Source: Spirochaetota bacterium
Lineage (GTDB): Bacteria; Spirochaetota; Spirochaetia; SPDA01; B32-G16
Direction: 5' to 3'
NCBI GenBank assembly: GCA_003645645.1
Contig: QNBH01000002.1
Location: 1 to 57,650 of the forward strand
DNA: 57,650 bases
Notes under the pieces: model-generated
Databases searched by the model: none
Told to the model about the DNA's origin: nothing
The model's input: only the letters and a program-made list of their open reading frames with translations
Position numbers and translations under genes: made by a program
In this document: positions 1 to 11,512 of the stretch, one piece after another
Position numbering within the stretch: position 1 is the first letter of the stretch
How the letters are laid out: each line of letters starts with the position of its first letter

Positions 1-1
1 G

Positions 2-1028
2 GAGTTTATAGGAGAGAACCTTTATGTTCTCTCTAACATACTTACAGGCTCACATGAAGTACTCATCAAGCAGGTAAGACCTTTTGAAGAGAAGGTATTG
101 TTCTCGGGAAGGATAAATATACCCGAGGAGGAATCGGTACAGGTAACTTTTTCCATTCCGCCGTTTACGGAGCTGGAGAAGAGCGGATTTGGTATCATAG
201 AGAAAGAAATAAAGACGGGTCTGGAAGAGGAAAATCCAGAAACAGAGAAGCAGTTTAAGCTGGCCTTCACACTTCTTGAGAAGGCGGATGCGAGTGCAAC
301 CCTTTCAGAGTTGAAGGAGAGGTTTGATGAACTTTACTCTGAGTATATTGCGGTTGGATCGAGGACAGAAGAACCACCGCCTCCTGCAGGTGGTATCAAG
401 GTTACGGTAAAAACAGCGGGAACCCTCTATATAGATGATCAGGAGTACGACCGGCTCGACACAGAAGAACCGCTCGAGATTACCGATCTATCTCCGGGAG
501 AGCATAAGCTCGAGATGAGATACGATGGGGGGGGAAAGCGAAAGCATAACCGCGGAGGTTGAAGGCAACTCGGTAGTTGGAGTCGATTTTAAGAACATTC
601 CCCGCGAACCGATGAGATATGAGAAGGCAACTTTATTTAAGCCGGCAAGGGTCTATTCTGGAGGAAGAGAGTATAAGATAAATACTATAAGAAACAGGAG
701 AGCATTTTTTATCGATTTAAGCAGGGAGCGAGACCTTCCGGAAGAGATATATCTTATTGTTGAGGGATCGAAGAGATTATTAGAAAAAGAAGAGTCTCTG
801 GAAACGGTAAGTTCGATTGGTGGAGGAACTATTCTATTGGGTCTTACTTTATTTTATATCGGTGTTATTGTAGATAGTCCTGGTGTTTCGCTTGCTGGTG
901 TAATAGGCGGGTTAATTGGGGCCATAATTGGATTGATAGGAGAGATTCCTGCCAGTGAAATCTCCAACCGGCTTGAAAGAAATATAGAGAGAATAGTAGA
1001 TTTATGGAGCAGTGAATATGGTTATTAA
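2..1028 (+). CDS. PEGA-domain membrane protein, 5'-partial, split by a frameshift at a G8 tract (ORFs 98..562 and 525..1028)
   Basis: The frame is open from the window start. It has PEGA-like segments (TLYIDDQEY...ITDLSPGEHKLEMRY) and two C-terminal hydrophobic helices. Removing one G from 527-534 joins the two ORFs as RYDGGESESITAEV. Confidence 0.6.
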
Positions 1029-1153
1029 ACGGAAGCCAACCTGCCGGCTACGGGGTTCCTTATTAAAGACCGCACGGTCTGTTCTGGTTGTGTTATTTGG
1101 AATTTGGGCGAACATACCGATATTGTAAACTATACCTTAAGGAGAAAAAGTAG

Positions 1154-1786
1154 ATGGAACTTAAGAATTACGACGGAAAACCGACCAATTTGCTTCGCAG
1201 AGAGGTTATAGAGAAGCTTAAAGCACACTTTGCCAAGGATAATATCGATGTGGATGAGTACGAACACAGGCTCATGGTGGCTACAAATACGGAAAGCACT
1301 CTGGAACTCACCTCTCTGCTTTCCGACCTCCCCGGGATAGAAGATGAACCGGACAAAGAGACAGAGGTCGGTGAATGGGATTATGAGATAAATACCGGGA
1401 TGGTGCGAAAAAGCCAGGCTATGGTCAACATTTTCTCCGGAACCACCCGAAAGGGGGTGTGGAATCCTCCCAGGTATCTCGATCTTATAAACATTTTCGG
1501 AGGCTCCGATATTGACTTCCGAAATGCCCGGATACCGCCCTCCGGAGTTACTGTAACCGTGGTTGCAGTATTCGGAGGAGTCGATATCATCGTACCTCCG
1601 GGTATCAATGTGGAGGTAAACGGGATAGGTATTTTCGGCGGATTTGACGATAAAAGCACCGGTGAGGTTTACGAAGGCGCCCCCACCATAAAAGTGGACG
1701 GCATCGCCCTTTTTGGAGGTGCGAGCGTTAAGGTTAAGCCCTCTGACATGAAGGGCAGAAACAGGCGCTTCTTCCGGAGAAGGTGA
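1154..1786 (+). CDS. DUF1707 (SHOCT-like) plus LiaF/DUF2154-like C-terminal domain protein
   Basis: N-terminal REVIEKLKAHF..IDVDEYEHRL, followed by repeated IFGG/VFGG beta motifs; AAGGAG RBS upstream. Confidence 0.75.
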   Translation: MELKNYDGKPTNLLRREVIEKLKAHFAKDNIDVDEYEHRLMVATNTESTLELTSLLSDLPGIEDEPDKETEVGEWDYEINTGMVRKSQAMVNIFSGTTRKGVWNPPRYLDLINIFGGSDIDFRNARIPPSGVTVTVVAVFGGVDIIVPPGINVEVNGIGIFGGFDDKSTGEVYEGAPTIKVDGIALFGGASVKVKPSDMKGRNRRFFRRR

Positions 1787-2008
1787 TCTTCTGTATTTCT
1801 CCTGAACAGCGGGGGCAGGAGGCTTCTGCTTCCCTCCTAAGCGATATCATGACAAAACAACGAGACCTGAGGGCATAATAACATTGGTTTCGGCTGTGCT
1901 GCTTACTTGGCTCCAGACGGTTGTTCCATGTCAATGATCTCCTGAGGGCATAATAACATTGGTTTTGGCTGTGCTGCGGTAGGTTTCCACGTCCGGCAGG
2001 TTAAGCAT
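1734..2008 (-). pseudogene. Fpg/Nei DNA glycosylase remnant with the central part missing
   Basis: N-terminal LPDVETY (cf. PELPEVE) and C-terminal zinc finger CPRCSGEIQKITFSGRSACFCPSCQ lie only ~270 bp apart and in different frames, directly downstream of ligA. Confidence 0.7.
1866..1977. repeat. 37-bp direct repeat pair separated by 38 bp
   Basis: CCTGAGGGCATAATAACATTGGTTT(C/T)GGCTGTGCTGC at 1866-1902 and 1941-1977; 36/37 identical. Confidence 0.95.
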
Positions 2009-2015
2009 CTCTCTA

Positions 2016-4122
<2,107 letters not shown>

Positions 4123-4138
<16 letters not shown>

Positions 4139-4273
4139 GTTGGGAAGGGAACATCACAGGATGGGGAATCCCCGTGGGGACGCGGGGCAGGTAAACGGTA
4201 TTGGGTGCTCTTGCGGGGGCACAGAGCCGGTCCGGGGAGATCAAGAGTCAAGTTGGGAAGAAAATATCACAGG
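4123..4273. repeat. 38-bp direct repeat pair
   Basis: GGAGATCAAGAGTCAAGTTGGGAAGnnAAnATCACAGG at 4123-4160 and 4236-4273; 35/38 identical. Confidence 0.9.
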
Positions 4274-4303
4274 CGTGCGTCAAAGTCGACTTTGACGTAC
4301 GCC
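4272..4303. repeat. 32-bp near-perfect palindrome with no loop
   Basis: GGCGTGCGTCAAAGTC|GACTTTGACGTACGCC, with one mismatch. Confidence 0.9.
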
Positions 4304-4338
4304 CCGGGTAACAGCCTTAATTTATTTTTAGCGGGTAT

Positions 4339-5307
4339 TTAATAAGATGCCTTTTTCAATTCGAGTACTGCCACTTTAAGGTTTCTTATGGATGTTCGAT
4401 CCGGGGTAAACACAAACTCGATCACCTTCGTACCCTCATTTACATACCGCTCGACGATTTTCTTCTGACGAGGAGAGACGAGAACGGCATCACACTCCCT
4501 TACAAGATTTCTTACAGACTCCTCATTTCCCGAGTTTGTCTCCAATACTCTTAAAAATTGAAGGTTCAGACTTTTAAGTATTTCCCGCACTATTATTCTA
4601 AACTGTTCGCTGGTAGTAACAAGACCGATTGTGCTCTCGGGAGGGATTTTGGCCACTTCTATAAGGGTAGGTATCTCCGGTTCCAGATTAATACCTATGA
4701 TTTGTTTTCCCAGATGCTCCAGTTGCTCGTATACTTCGTCAAGATGATGAAAACTTGTAACAATGATGTCGCTCTCTATTATTTTTTGTATGACATCTTT
4801 GTTTTTATTTGAAAGATCTTCGAGGAGAATGGGAATTTTCTGAATATAGGATGCAAGCTCTAGGTGATTGGTAAAGTAGTTGGCCTGTTCTATATTGCAC
4901 TCAATAAAGCAGAGTTTAACCCTCTGCATCATCTCCACTTTTTCTTCGATATATTTGTGCACGGCGTCTTCGAAATCTTTAATGGAAAACTCGAGCGACA
5001 GTGCCTCCTCTATCGCATGTTCAATGATTTTCATAAGAAGGGTCTCCCTGTTTTGCCGTTTGAGGTCCTGGGGGGTAGTGGTGATGAAGGTGCCCCTTCC
5101 CACGGCTCCTATTACAACACCTTCTTTCTCCAGTTCGGCGTAGGCCCGTAAAACCGTATTTATGCTTACTCCGAAGTCTTCGGCGACCTTTCTTACCGTG
5201 GGAAGTCTCTTTGATTTGATTGCACCCGACTGAATTCGATTTTTTAAAATCTCTTTAAGTTGAAGATAGTAAGGACGGTTGGATTCTCTCTTAAGCTTTT
5301 CATTCAT
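4339..5307 (-). CDS. GntR-family transcriptional regulator with an extended C-terminal domain
   Basis: wHTH PYYLQLKE...RLPTVRKVAEDFGVSINTVLRAYAELEKEG..GRGTF. Confidence 0.88.
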   Translation of the reverse strand: MNEKLKRESNRPYYLQLKEILKNRIQSGAIKSKRLPTVRKVAEDFGVSINTVLRAYAELEKEGVVIGAVGRGTFITTTPQDLKRQNRETLLMKIIEHAIEEALSLEFSIKDFEDAVHKYIEEKVEMMQRVKLCFIECNIEQANYFTNHLELASYIQKIPILLEDLSNKNKDVIQKIIESDIIVTSFHHLDEVYEQLEHLGKQIIGINLEPEIPTLIEVAKIPPESTIGLVTTSEQFRIIVREILKSLNLQFLRVLETNSGNEESVRNLVRECDAVLVSPRQKKIVERYVNEGTKVIEFVFTPDRTSIRNLKVAVLELKKASY

Positions 5308-5354
5308 GGATAACAGTGAAATTATAAAGCAATAGAAGGAGAAAGAAAAGAGCA

Positions 5355-5508
5355 GGGGGGTCAGGTCTTGAATTTTGACATTTTCGGTTTATGCAGTAAA
5401 GATTGTGTTTCTGATTAAGATGGTGGCACGCCGGGAAGAATTGCCCGCTTAAGCAGGTTGGGCTCTTCTATCAATAGGTATGTCTAAATTCAAGGCATTT
5501 CCCCCCCC
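5355..5508. mobile_element. Putative ~150-bp MITE/REP-like element with degenerate terminal inverted repeats
   Basis: The left end GGGGTCAGGTCTTGAATTTTGACA is partly complementary to the right end TGTCTAAATTCAAGGCATTTCCCC. The left end recurs at 37250-37271. Confidence 0.45.
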
Positions 5509-5556
5509 ATCCCCCTTCTTGACTAACATAAAAACAGTTGGTTAACTTGGGGGTCA

Positions 5557-7500
5557 ATGGGCAGAAGTATCGTAGAAAAAATTCTCCATTCTCATTTGAT
5601 AGCAGGTGAGGCAATAGCGGGTAAACCGGTTACCGTAAAGATAGATCAAACACTAACTCAGGACGCCACCGGAACGATGGCCTCGCTCCAACTCGAAGTT
5701 TTAAATCCAAAAAAGCTGAAAACAGAGCTATCCGTTGGCTATGTGGATCACAATACGGTGCAGATCGGTTTTGAAAACTTCGACGATCATGCCTATCTTC
5801 GGGGAATTGCTGCAAAATATGGTATCTACTACTCAAAAGCGGGAAACGGGATATGCCATCAGGTTCACCTTGAGCGATTCGGTGTTCCGGGAAAGACCCT
5901 TCTTGGTTCGGATTCACACACACCAACCGCCGGGGGTATAGGTATGTTTGCAGTCGGTGCAGGTGGGCTCGATGTGGCCATAGCCATGGCAGGGGGTACT
6001 TTTACCTTTACCTATCCCAGGGTTACAGGGGTTATGCTTAAGGGCAGACTTTCTCCCTGGGTTGCAGCCAAGGATGTAATTTTAAAAGTATTGAGCGTGC
6101 TCGGTACAAGGGGAAATGTAGGAACAGTTCTCGAATATACCGGGGAAGGAGTTAAAACTCTTTCTGTACCCGAGAGGGCGACCATAGCCAATATGGGGGC
6201 AGAAACTGGGGTTACCACGAGCGTGTTCCCAAGTGATGAAGAGACACGGGCTTTTTTAATTGCGCAGGGTAGAGGAGATTCATGGGTAGAGCTAAAGCCA
6301 GATGAGGATGCAGTTTACAGTAAGACTATTGAACTTAACCTTTCAGGGATAGAGCCGATGGCAGCCCTGCCTCACAGTCCCGGCAACGTGGTACCTGTAC
6401 GGGATACTGGGGGGATAAAGGTAGATCAGGTAGCTATAGGCTCGTGCACAAACTCAAGTTATAAAGATCTCATGACAGCGGCAAAAATGCTTGAAGGTAA
6501 AACGGTGCACCCCGATGTTTCCTTTGTGATTGCACCCGGTTCCAAACAGGTTTTACGTATGATTGCCGATAACGGCGCTCTTTCAAACCTTATTGCTGCA
6601 GGGGCAAGGATTGCTGAAGCTGCATGCGGCTTCTGTATCGGAAACTCCCATGCCCCCGGTACCGATTCTGTGAGCGTGCGCACTTCTAACAGGAACTTCC
6701 GCGGACGTTCCGGCACAGAATCCGCCAGAGTTTACCTTACAAGCGTCGAAACAGCCGTGGCATCGGCCATAAATGGCGTTCTGACCGATCCCCGGGAATC
6801 AGGGATGCAGTATCCGAGAGTCGAATTACCTGAACATTTTACAGTTGATGATTCCATGATCGTTAAGCCGAAAGAAGGCAAGAGGGATATTGCAGTTTTC
6901 AGAGGGCCAAACATAGGCGAGCCTCCGGTAAACACCCCCCTCCCCCCCCACATTGAAGGGTTAATAACCATAAAGGTGGGCGATAAAATTACCACAGACC
7001 ACATTATGCCGGCCGGAGATAAGCTTAAATACAGGTCTAACATCCCCAGGTATGCGGAGTTCGTTTTTGCCCCTGTAGATGAAGAGTTCAGCAGACGGGC
7101 TCTTAAAAATAAACAAAGGGGAGTTGCAAACATCATCGTTGGAGGTGATTCTTACGGCCAGGGTTCGAGCAGGGAACATGCAGCTCTCTGTCCCATGTAT
7201 CTTGGTGTAAAAGCAGTAATTGTTAAATCTTTCGAACGGATTCACATTGCAAACCTCATAAATGCCGGAATTCTCCCCTTGACTTTCAAAAATGAAAACG
7301 ATTATGAGAATCTGGCAGAGGGAGATGAGATATCAATTCCCAGAGTACGAGATCTTATCCAGAAGGCCGAAAGCATAAAACTCTTTAACAAATCCCAAAA
7401 TAAAGAGATAGAACTTGGATTTAACTTAAGTAATGAAGAGAGAGAAGTTATCCTTGCAGGTGGGAGACTTAACTGGATTCGCAATCAAGAGGCGGAGTGA
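5557..7500 (+). CDS. acn: Aconitate hydratase (single-chain ~650 aa type)
   Basis: DHN, GICHQ, GSDSHT, IGSCTN, CGFCIG, SNRNF, TTDHI and YGQGSSREH motifs; adjacent to icd. Confidence 0.93.
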   Translation: MGRSIVEKILHSHLIAGEAIAGKPVTVKIDQTLTQDATGTMASLQLEVLNPKKLKTELSVGYVDHNTVQIGFENFDDHAYLRGIAAKYGIYYSKAGNGICHQVHLERFGVPGKTLLGSDSHTPTAGGIGMFAVGAGGLDVAIAMAGGTFTFTYPRVTGVMLKGRLSPWVAAKDVILKVLSVLGTRGNVGTVLEYTGEGVKTLSVPERATIANMGAETGVTTSVFPSDEETRAFLIAQGRGDSWVELKPDEDAVYSKTIELNLSGIEPMAALPHSPGNVVPVRDTGGIKVDQVAIGSCTNSSYKDLMTAAKMLEGKTVHPDVSFVIAPGSKQVLRMIADNGALSNLIAAGARIAEAACGFCIGNSHAPGTDSVSVRTSNRNFRGRSGTESARVYLTSVETAVASAINGVLTDPRESGMQYPRVELPEHFTVDDSMIVKPKEGKRDIAVFRGPNIGEPPVNTPLPPHIEGLITIKVGDKITTDHIMPAGDKLKYRSNIPRYAEFVFAPVDEEFSRRALKNKQRGVANIIVGGDSYGQGSSREHAALCPMYLGVKAVIVKSFERIHIANLINAGILPLTFKNENDYENLAEGDEISIPRVRDLIQKAESIKLFNKSQNKEIELGFNLSNEEREVILAGGRLNWIRNQEAE

Positions 7501-7582
7501 TTAATTTTCCTGTGGAGGTGGACATCTCCTGTTCGGGCTCCCACAAATAAAGAAAATAGAGTTTCTGTAGGAGACATCAATA

Positions 7583-8797
7583 ATGAACGATAGCCGTAAA
7601 ATAACCATGGAAGGGGGTATTCTTAAAGTACCCCTTCGCCCCGTTATACCCTTTATAGAAGGCGATGGGACGGGACCGGATATATGGGCAGCGTCGGTCA
7701 GGGTGTTTAATAAGGCGGTGGAGAGAAGTTACGGGGGGGAGAGAGAAATACTATGGAAAGAGGTATATGCCGGGGAGAAGGCTAAGCGAATAACAGGAGA
7801 GTGGTTGCCTGCAGAAACTGTAGAGACATTCAAAGATTATACAGTGGGGATTAAGGGTCCTTTGACTACTCCGGTCGGAGGAGGGTTTAGGAGCCTGAAT
7901 GTAACCTTGAGGCAGGTTCTCAATTTGTACGTGTGTTTAAGACCGGTGAGATGGTTTAAGGGTATCCCCAGTCCCGTTCTCCGTCCGGATAAGGTGGACA
8001 TGGTAATTTTCAGGGAAAATACCGAGGACGTATACGCAGGGCTGGAACATCCGGAAGGCAGCACGGAAGCCGCAAAGCTTATAGAGTTCTGTAAGAGGGA
8101 GTTCGGCTGGAGTATTCGTTCCGATTCAGGTATAGGGATAAAACCCATAAGCATAACAGGATCAAAACGGCTGGTAAGGGCGGCCATCAAGTACGCAATA
8201 GAAAACGAAAGAAAGAGTGTTACTCTGGTACATAAGGGTAATATACAGAAATATACCGAAGGGGCTTTCCGAAAATGGGGTTACGAGGTGGCCAGGGAGG
8301 AGTTTCCCGATAGGTGCATAACCTGGGAAGAATGCGGAGGCGTTGTACCCAATGGAAAAATTCTCATAAAGGATGTTATTGCAGATATCTTCCTCCAGCA
8401 GGTGCTTACAAGGGCCGATGAGTTTGATGTTATAGCAACCACAAACCTGAACGGAGATTATATCTCCGATGCCCTGGCCGCTCAGGTGGGGGGGATAGGT
8501 ATTGCTCCGGGCGGAAATATCAATTATGAGACAGGAATTGCCGTTTTTGAAGCAACACACGGAACCGCCCCAAAGTACGCTAACCGTGATATGGTAAATC
8601 CCGCATCTTTGATACTATCCGGTGCAATGATGTTTAACTACATGGGATGGAAAGAGGCTTCCGAGCTCATCATTAAGGGACTTGAGAAGACTATAGCTAA
8701 CAGAATCGTTACCTACGATTTTGCACGCCTTATGGATGGTGCAAAAGAGGTTAAATGTTCAGAGTTTGGCTTAGAGATCGTAAAAAATATGGACTAA
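7583..8797 (+). CDS. icd: NADP-dependent isocitrate dehydrogenase
   Basis: [36 protein letters not shown] and [10 protein letters not shown] motifs. Confidence 0.97.
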   Translation: MNDSRKITMEGGILKVPLRPVIPFIEGDGTGPDIWAASVRVFNKAVERSYGGEREILWKEVYAGEKAKRITGEWLPAETVETFKDYTVGIKGPLTTPVGGGFRSLNVTLRQVLNLYVCLRPVRWFKGIPSPVLRPDKVDMVIFRENTEDVYAGLEHPEGSTEAAKLIEFCKREFGWSIRSDSGIGIKPISITGSKRLVRAAIKYAIENERKSVTLVHKGNIQKYTEGAFRKWGYEVAREEFPDRCITWEECGGVVPNGKILIKDVIADIFLQQVLTRADEFDVIATTNLNGDYISDALAAQVGGIGIAPGGNINYETGIAVFEATHGTAPKYANRDMVNPASLILSGAMMFNYMGWKEASELIIKGLEKTIANRIVTYDFARLMDGAKEVKCSEFGLEIVKNMD

Positions 8798-8808
8798 CCT
8801 CTTTTCAC

Positions 8809-9039
8809 CTAAACTGCAACCACTCTTTTAAGTTCGGGGATCGACTTCTTAAGGTGTCGTTCTATGCCCTGACTTAGAGTCATCTGAGACATAGGGCACC
8901 CACCACATGCACCTGTAAGCCGTACTTTGACTATTCCGTCTTCTGTAACATCTACAAGTTGAACATCACCTCCATCTGCCTGAAGGGATGGTCTAACCTC
9001 ATTTAAATATCTTTCGACCTTTTCTCTCATTTTTTTCAC
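8809..9039 (-). CDS. NifU/NfuA C-terminal domain protein
   Basis: [12 protein letters not shown]...[11 protein letters not shown]. Confidence 0.93.
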   Translation of the reverse strand: MKKMREKVERYLNEVRPSLQADGGDVQLVDVTEDGIVKVRLTGACGGCPMSQMTLSQGIERHLKKSIPELKRVVAV

Positions 9040-9070
9040 CTTTCCTGATAAATTTTCTACTCTTTATAAG

Positions 9071-9799
9071 TTACTTTAAATAACAGTTTTTGGCCAACCT
9101 TTTTCCAGCTTCCGTGAGAAATATGCCTTCTATAATTTTTTCTCGCTGGTCGTTGGGTTTCCCTTTCATCTGCTCCTCTATATTAGCCAGAGAATCCGCA
9201 TCGTACAATACCCTGAAATTACGGGTATCCACCTTTCCTGGAGAATGATGGTAACGAATAATCAGGCAGATCTGTTCTATATCTTCCATGTTTAGACCGA
9301 GCTTCATAAGCATTTCTCTTGCAACAGCAGGGCCTTCTTTCTCCTGGTATTTACCTTCGGCACTGCCGTATTTCTGTTCCGCAACCTTTATCCCCACGTC
9401 GTGGAGAATACTTGCAGGAATTATGATATGCCAGTCTGCATCTTCCTGCTTAAGAAGTTGTTCTGCATACTCGAGTACTTTACGGGCATGGTTTATTCTC
9501 CTCGTATCTCCATCGAAGTACTCTTCCAAATTTTGCAGTAATTTCTCCTTCAACGTGACTGCCTTGTTTTCCATATACTGGTTTACAAGATCCTCTCCCA
9601 GACAGTCCTTGGCATACTTGCACCACTCAACACAGCTTATATTCATCCCATCTCTGGTAACCGTTGTGTTACAGTTAGGGCAGTTTCCCTTTATTTCATC
9701 CGACCAGATCTCCATCTCTTCCCCGCAGTTGGGGCATTCGAATATCTCGGGTTTGGGTTGTCTGAGTTGTTTTGCTCCAGGACAGACAGTATGATCCAT
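9071..9799 (-). CDS. HD-domain phosphohydrolase with an N-terminal Cys-rich (zinc-ribbon-like) domain
   Basis: CPG, CPNC..CPNC and CVEWC..C motifs, then H..ILHDVG..HH..YDAD. Confidence 0.85.
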   Translation of the reverse strand: MDHTVCPGAKQLRQPKPEIFECPNCGEEMEIWSDEIKGNCPNCNTTVTRDGMNISCVEWCKYAKDCLGEDLVNQYMENKAVTLKEKLLQNLEEYFDGDTRRINHARKVLEYAEQLLKQEDADWHIIIPASILHDVGIKVAEQKYGSAEGKYQEKEGPAVAREMLMKLGLNMEDIEQICLIIRYHHSPGKVDTRNFRVLYDADSLANIEEQMKGKPNDQREKIIEGIFLTEAGKRLAKNCYLK

Positions 9800-10027
9800 T
9801 TTATCCCCCTCTGGTCCTTAAAAAAAATACCATTAGCCGCCCTTACGGTAAACCCGTAATATATACTATGGCTGATAATACTAATTAAAATATATGATCA
9901 TTTTTATAATGTAACATTGATCTGCATCAAGTTTCAAGGGGAAACTCCATAACGGATATACTTTTCGATAAAACTGTCAAAGATTGACACAAGCTCAACA
10001 ATAAAATAACCTGTAAGTTGAAATATC

Positions 10028-10103
10028 TATCACGAAAATAGACCGCAATGACCGAATGGCTATTTTCATAGTATCGTTTGCCGCGCAACGGCATGAACAA
10101 CTA
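10028..10103 (+). repeat. 76-bp dispersed repeat, copy 1
   Basis: 63/76 identical to the reverse complement of 20472-20547. Confidence 0.9.
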
Positions 10104-10111
10104 TTAAAAAT

Positions 10112-11512
10112 ATGAATAGTCAGGTAAACAACAGCCTGGTATACATGGAGGGTATAAAAGTCCAGTTTGGCAACGTAGTCGCCTTAAACGGAGTTAATTT
10201 CCGTGTGGGGGCAGGTGAGGTTGTGGGACTACTCGGGGATAACGGTGCCGGGAAATCTACCCTCATAAAAGCTCTTATCGGACTTTACCGGATAAACGGC
10301 GGCAGCATATATTTTGATGGTCAAAAGGTCAACTTCTCTTCCCCCCGGGAGGCAAGAGTTGCCGGAATCGAAACAGCCTACCAGGATCTTGCCCTTATCG
10401 ACAGGTTAAGCATATCAAGGAATTTTTTTCTCGGAAGGGAGCTGGTAAAAAAAGCGGGTCCCTTCCGTCTTTTAGATAAAAAGAGGATGGATCAAATCAC
10501 CGCGGAATCTCTTAAAAGGATGGGGTTTGAAACCTTCAGAAGAATCGGAGATACTGTGAGTTTTCTCTCCGGAGGAGAGCGGCAGGCTCTGGCAATCGGA
10601 AGGGCTAATCACTTCTGTGCAAAACTTCTCATTCTCGATGAGCCGACGGCGGCACTCTCTGAGAACGATACCGACAGGCTTCTGCGCCTTGTTAGAGATA
10701 TAAAAAAGAAGGGAATCTCTGTAATCTTTATTACCCATAAGGCGCATGAGGTTTTCGAGGTAGCAGACAGATTCGTTATCTTAAGCCATGGCGAGAACTT
10801 TACCGAGCTCCTCAGGGATGATGTGGATCTAAAAGAGCTGGGAAAACTTCTAATATCATCCAGGGTAAAAGCTGTCAGGGAGATGGCATCCGCAGTAGCC
10901 CATCAAATAAGAAATCCCCTCGGTATACTTAAAGTATCGGCCCAGATGTTAAGGGACGATTTTCAGGTAAGGGTGAATGAGGATAATTACAAACGAATAC
11001 TTAATACAATGATCAACAAAATAGATACCCTCAATTTAATAGTTTATAACTTCCTGGAGTTCGGCCATCCGCGCCCGGCTAAGAGAAAGAATTGCTCTGT
11101 TCAAAGAATGATAGAATCGGCACTGGCAGCCCTTCCCTTAAGCAAATACCCGGAGGTAGAGGTAGAACTGGTAATCGATGAAAACATGGATGAGTATCCC
11201 ATGGATGAAAATCTTATGGAGCAGGTTATCTCCAATATCTTGATGAACGCATTACAGGCTTCCTCCGGAGGAGGTAAGGTAGAACTCAGATCAAAAATGG
11301 AGGATGGCAGGCTCAATATTGAGATAAGAGATAATGGTTGTGGTATTGACACAGATACAAAGAAGTTGATTTTCAACCCCTTCTTTACAACCCGTACTTC
11401 GGGAACCGGTCTTGGTCTTTCCATTGTTCACCGGATTATAGAGCAGCATAATGGCTCCATAGAGGTTGATTCCCTACCGGGGAAAGGGACTACATTTAAA
11501 ATAAAAATATGA
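10112..11512 (+). CDS. Fusion of a sugar ABC-transporter ATPase and a histidine kinase (HisKA-HATPase)
   Basis: Walker A GDNGAGKST, signature LSGGERQ, Walker B LLILDEP and H-loop ITH; then H-box AHQIRNPL, N-box NILMNALQA, DNGCGI, FNPFFTT and GTGLGL. Confidence 0.9.
   Translation: MNSQVNNSLVYMEGIKVQFGNVVALNGVNFRVGAGEVVGLLGDNGAGKSTLIKALIGLYRINGGSIYFDGQKVNFSSPREARVAGIETAYQDLALIDRLSISRNFFLGRELVKKAGPFRLLDKKRMDQITAESLKRMGFETFRRIGDTVSFLSGGERQALAIGRANHFCAKLLILDEPTAALSENDTDRLLRLVRDIKKKGISVIFITHKAHEVFEVADRFVILSHGENFTELLRDDVDLKELGKLLISSRVKAVREMASAVAHQIRNPLGILKVSAQMLRDDFQVRVNEDNYKRILNTMINKIDTLNLIVYNFLEFGHPRPAKRKNCSVQRMIESALAALPLSKYPEVEVELVIDENMDEYPMDENLMEQVISNILMNALQASSGGGKVELRSKMEDGRLNIEIRDNGCGIDTDTKKLIFNPFFTTRTSGTGLGLSIVHRIIEQHNGSIEVDSLPGKGTTFKIKI

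Noticed and set aside
1866-1977. Calling the 37-bp repeat pair a CRISPR array
   Set aside because: Only two copies, no typical repeat termini or leader, and far from the cas genes; reported only as a repeat.
5424-5444. sigma54-like TGGCAC...TTGC upstream of aconitase
   Set aside because: The spacing is 11 nt rather than the required 5.
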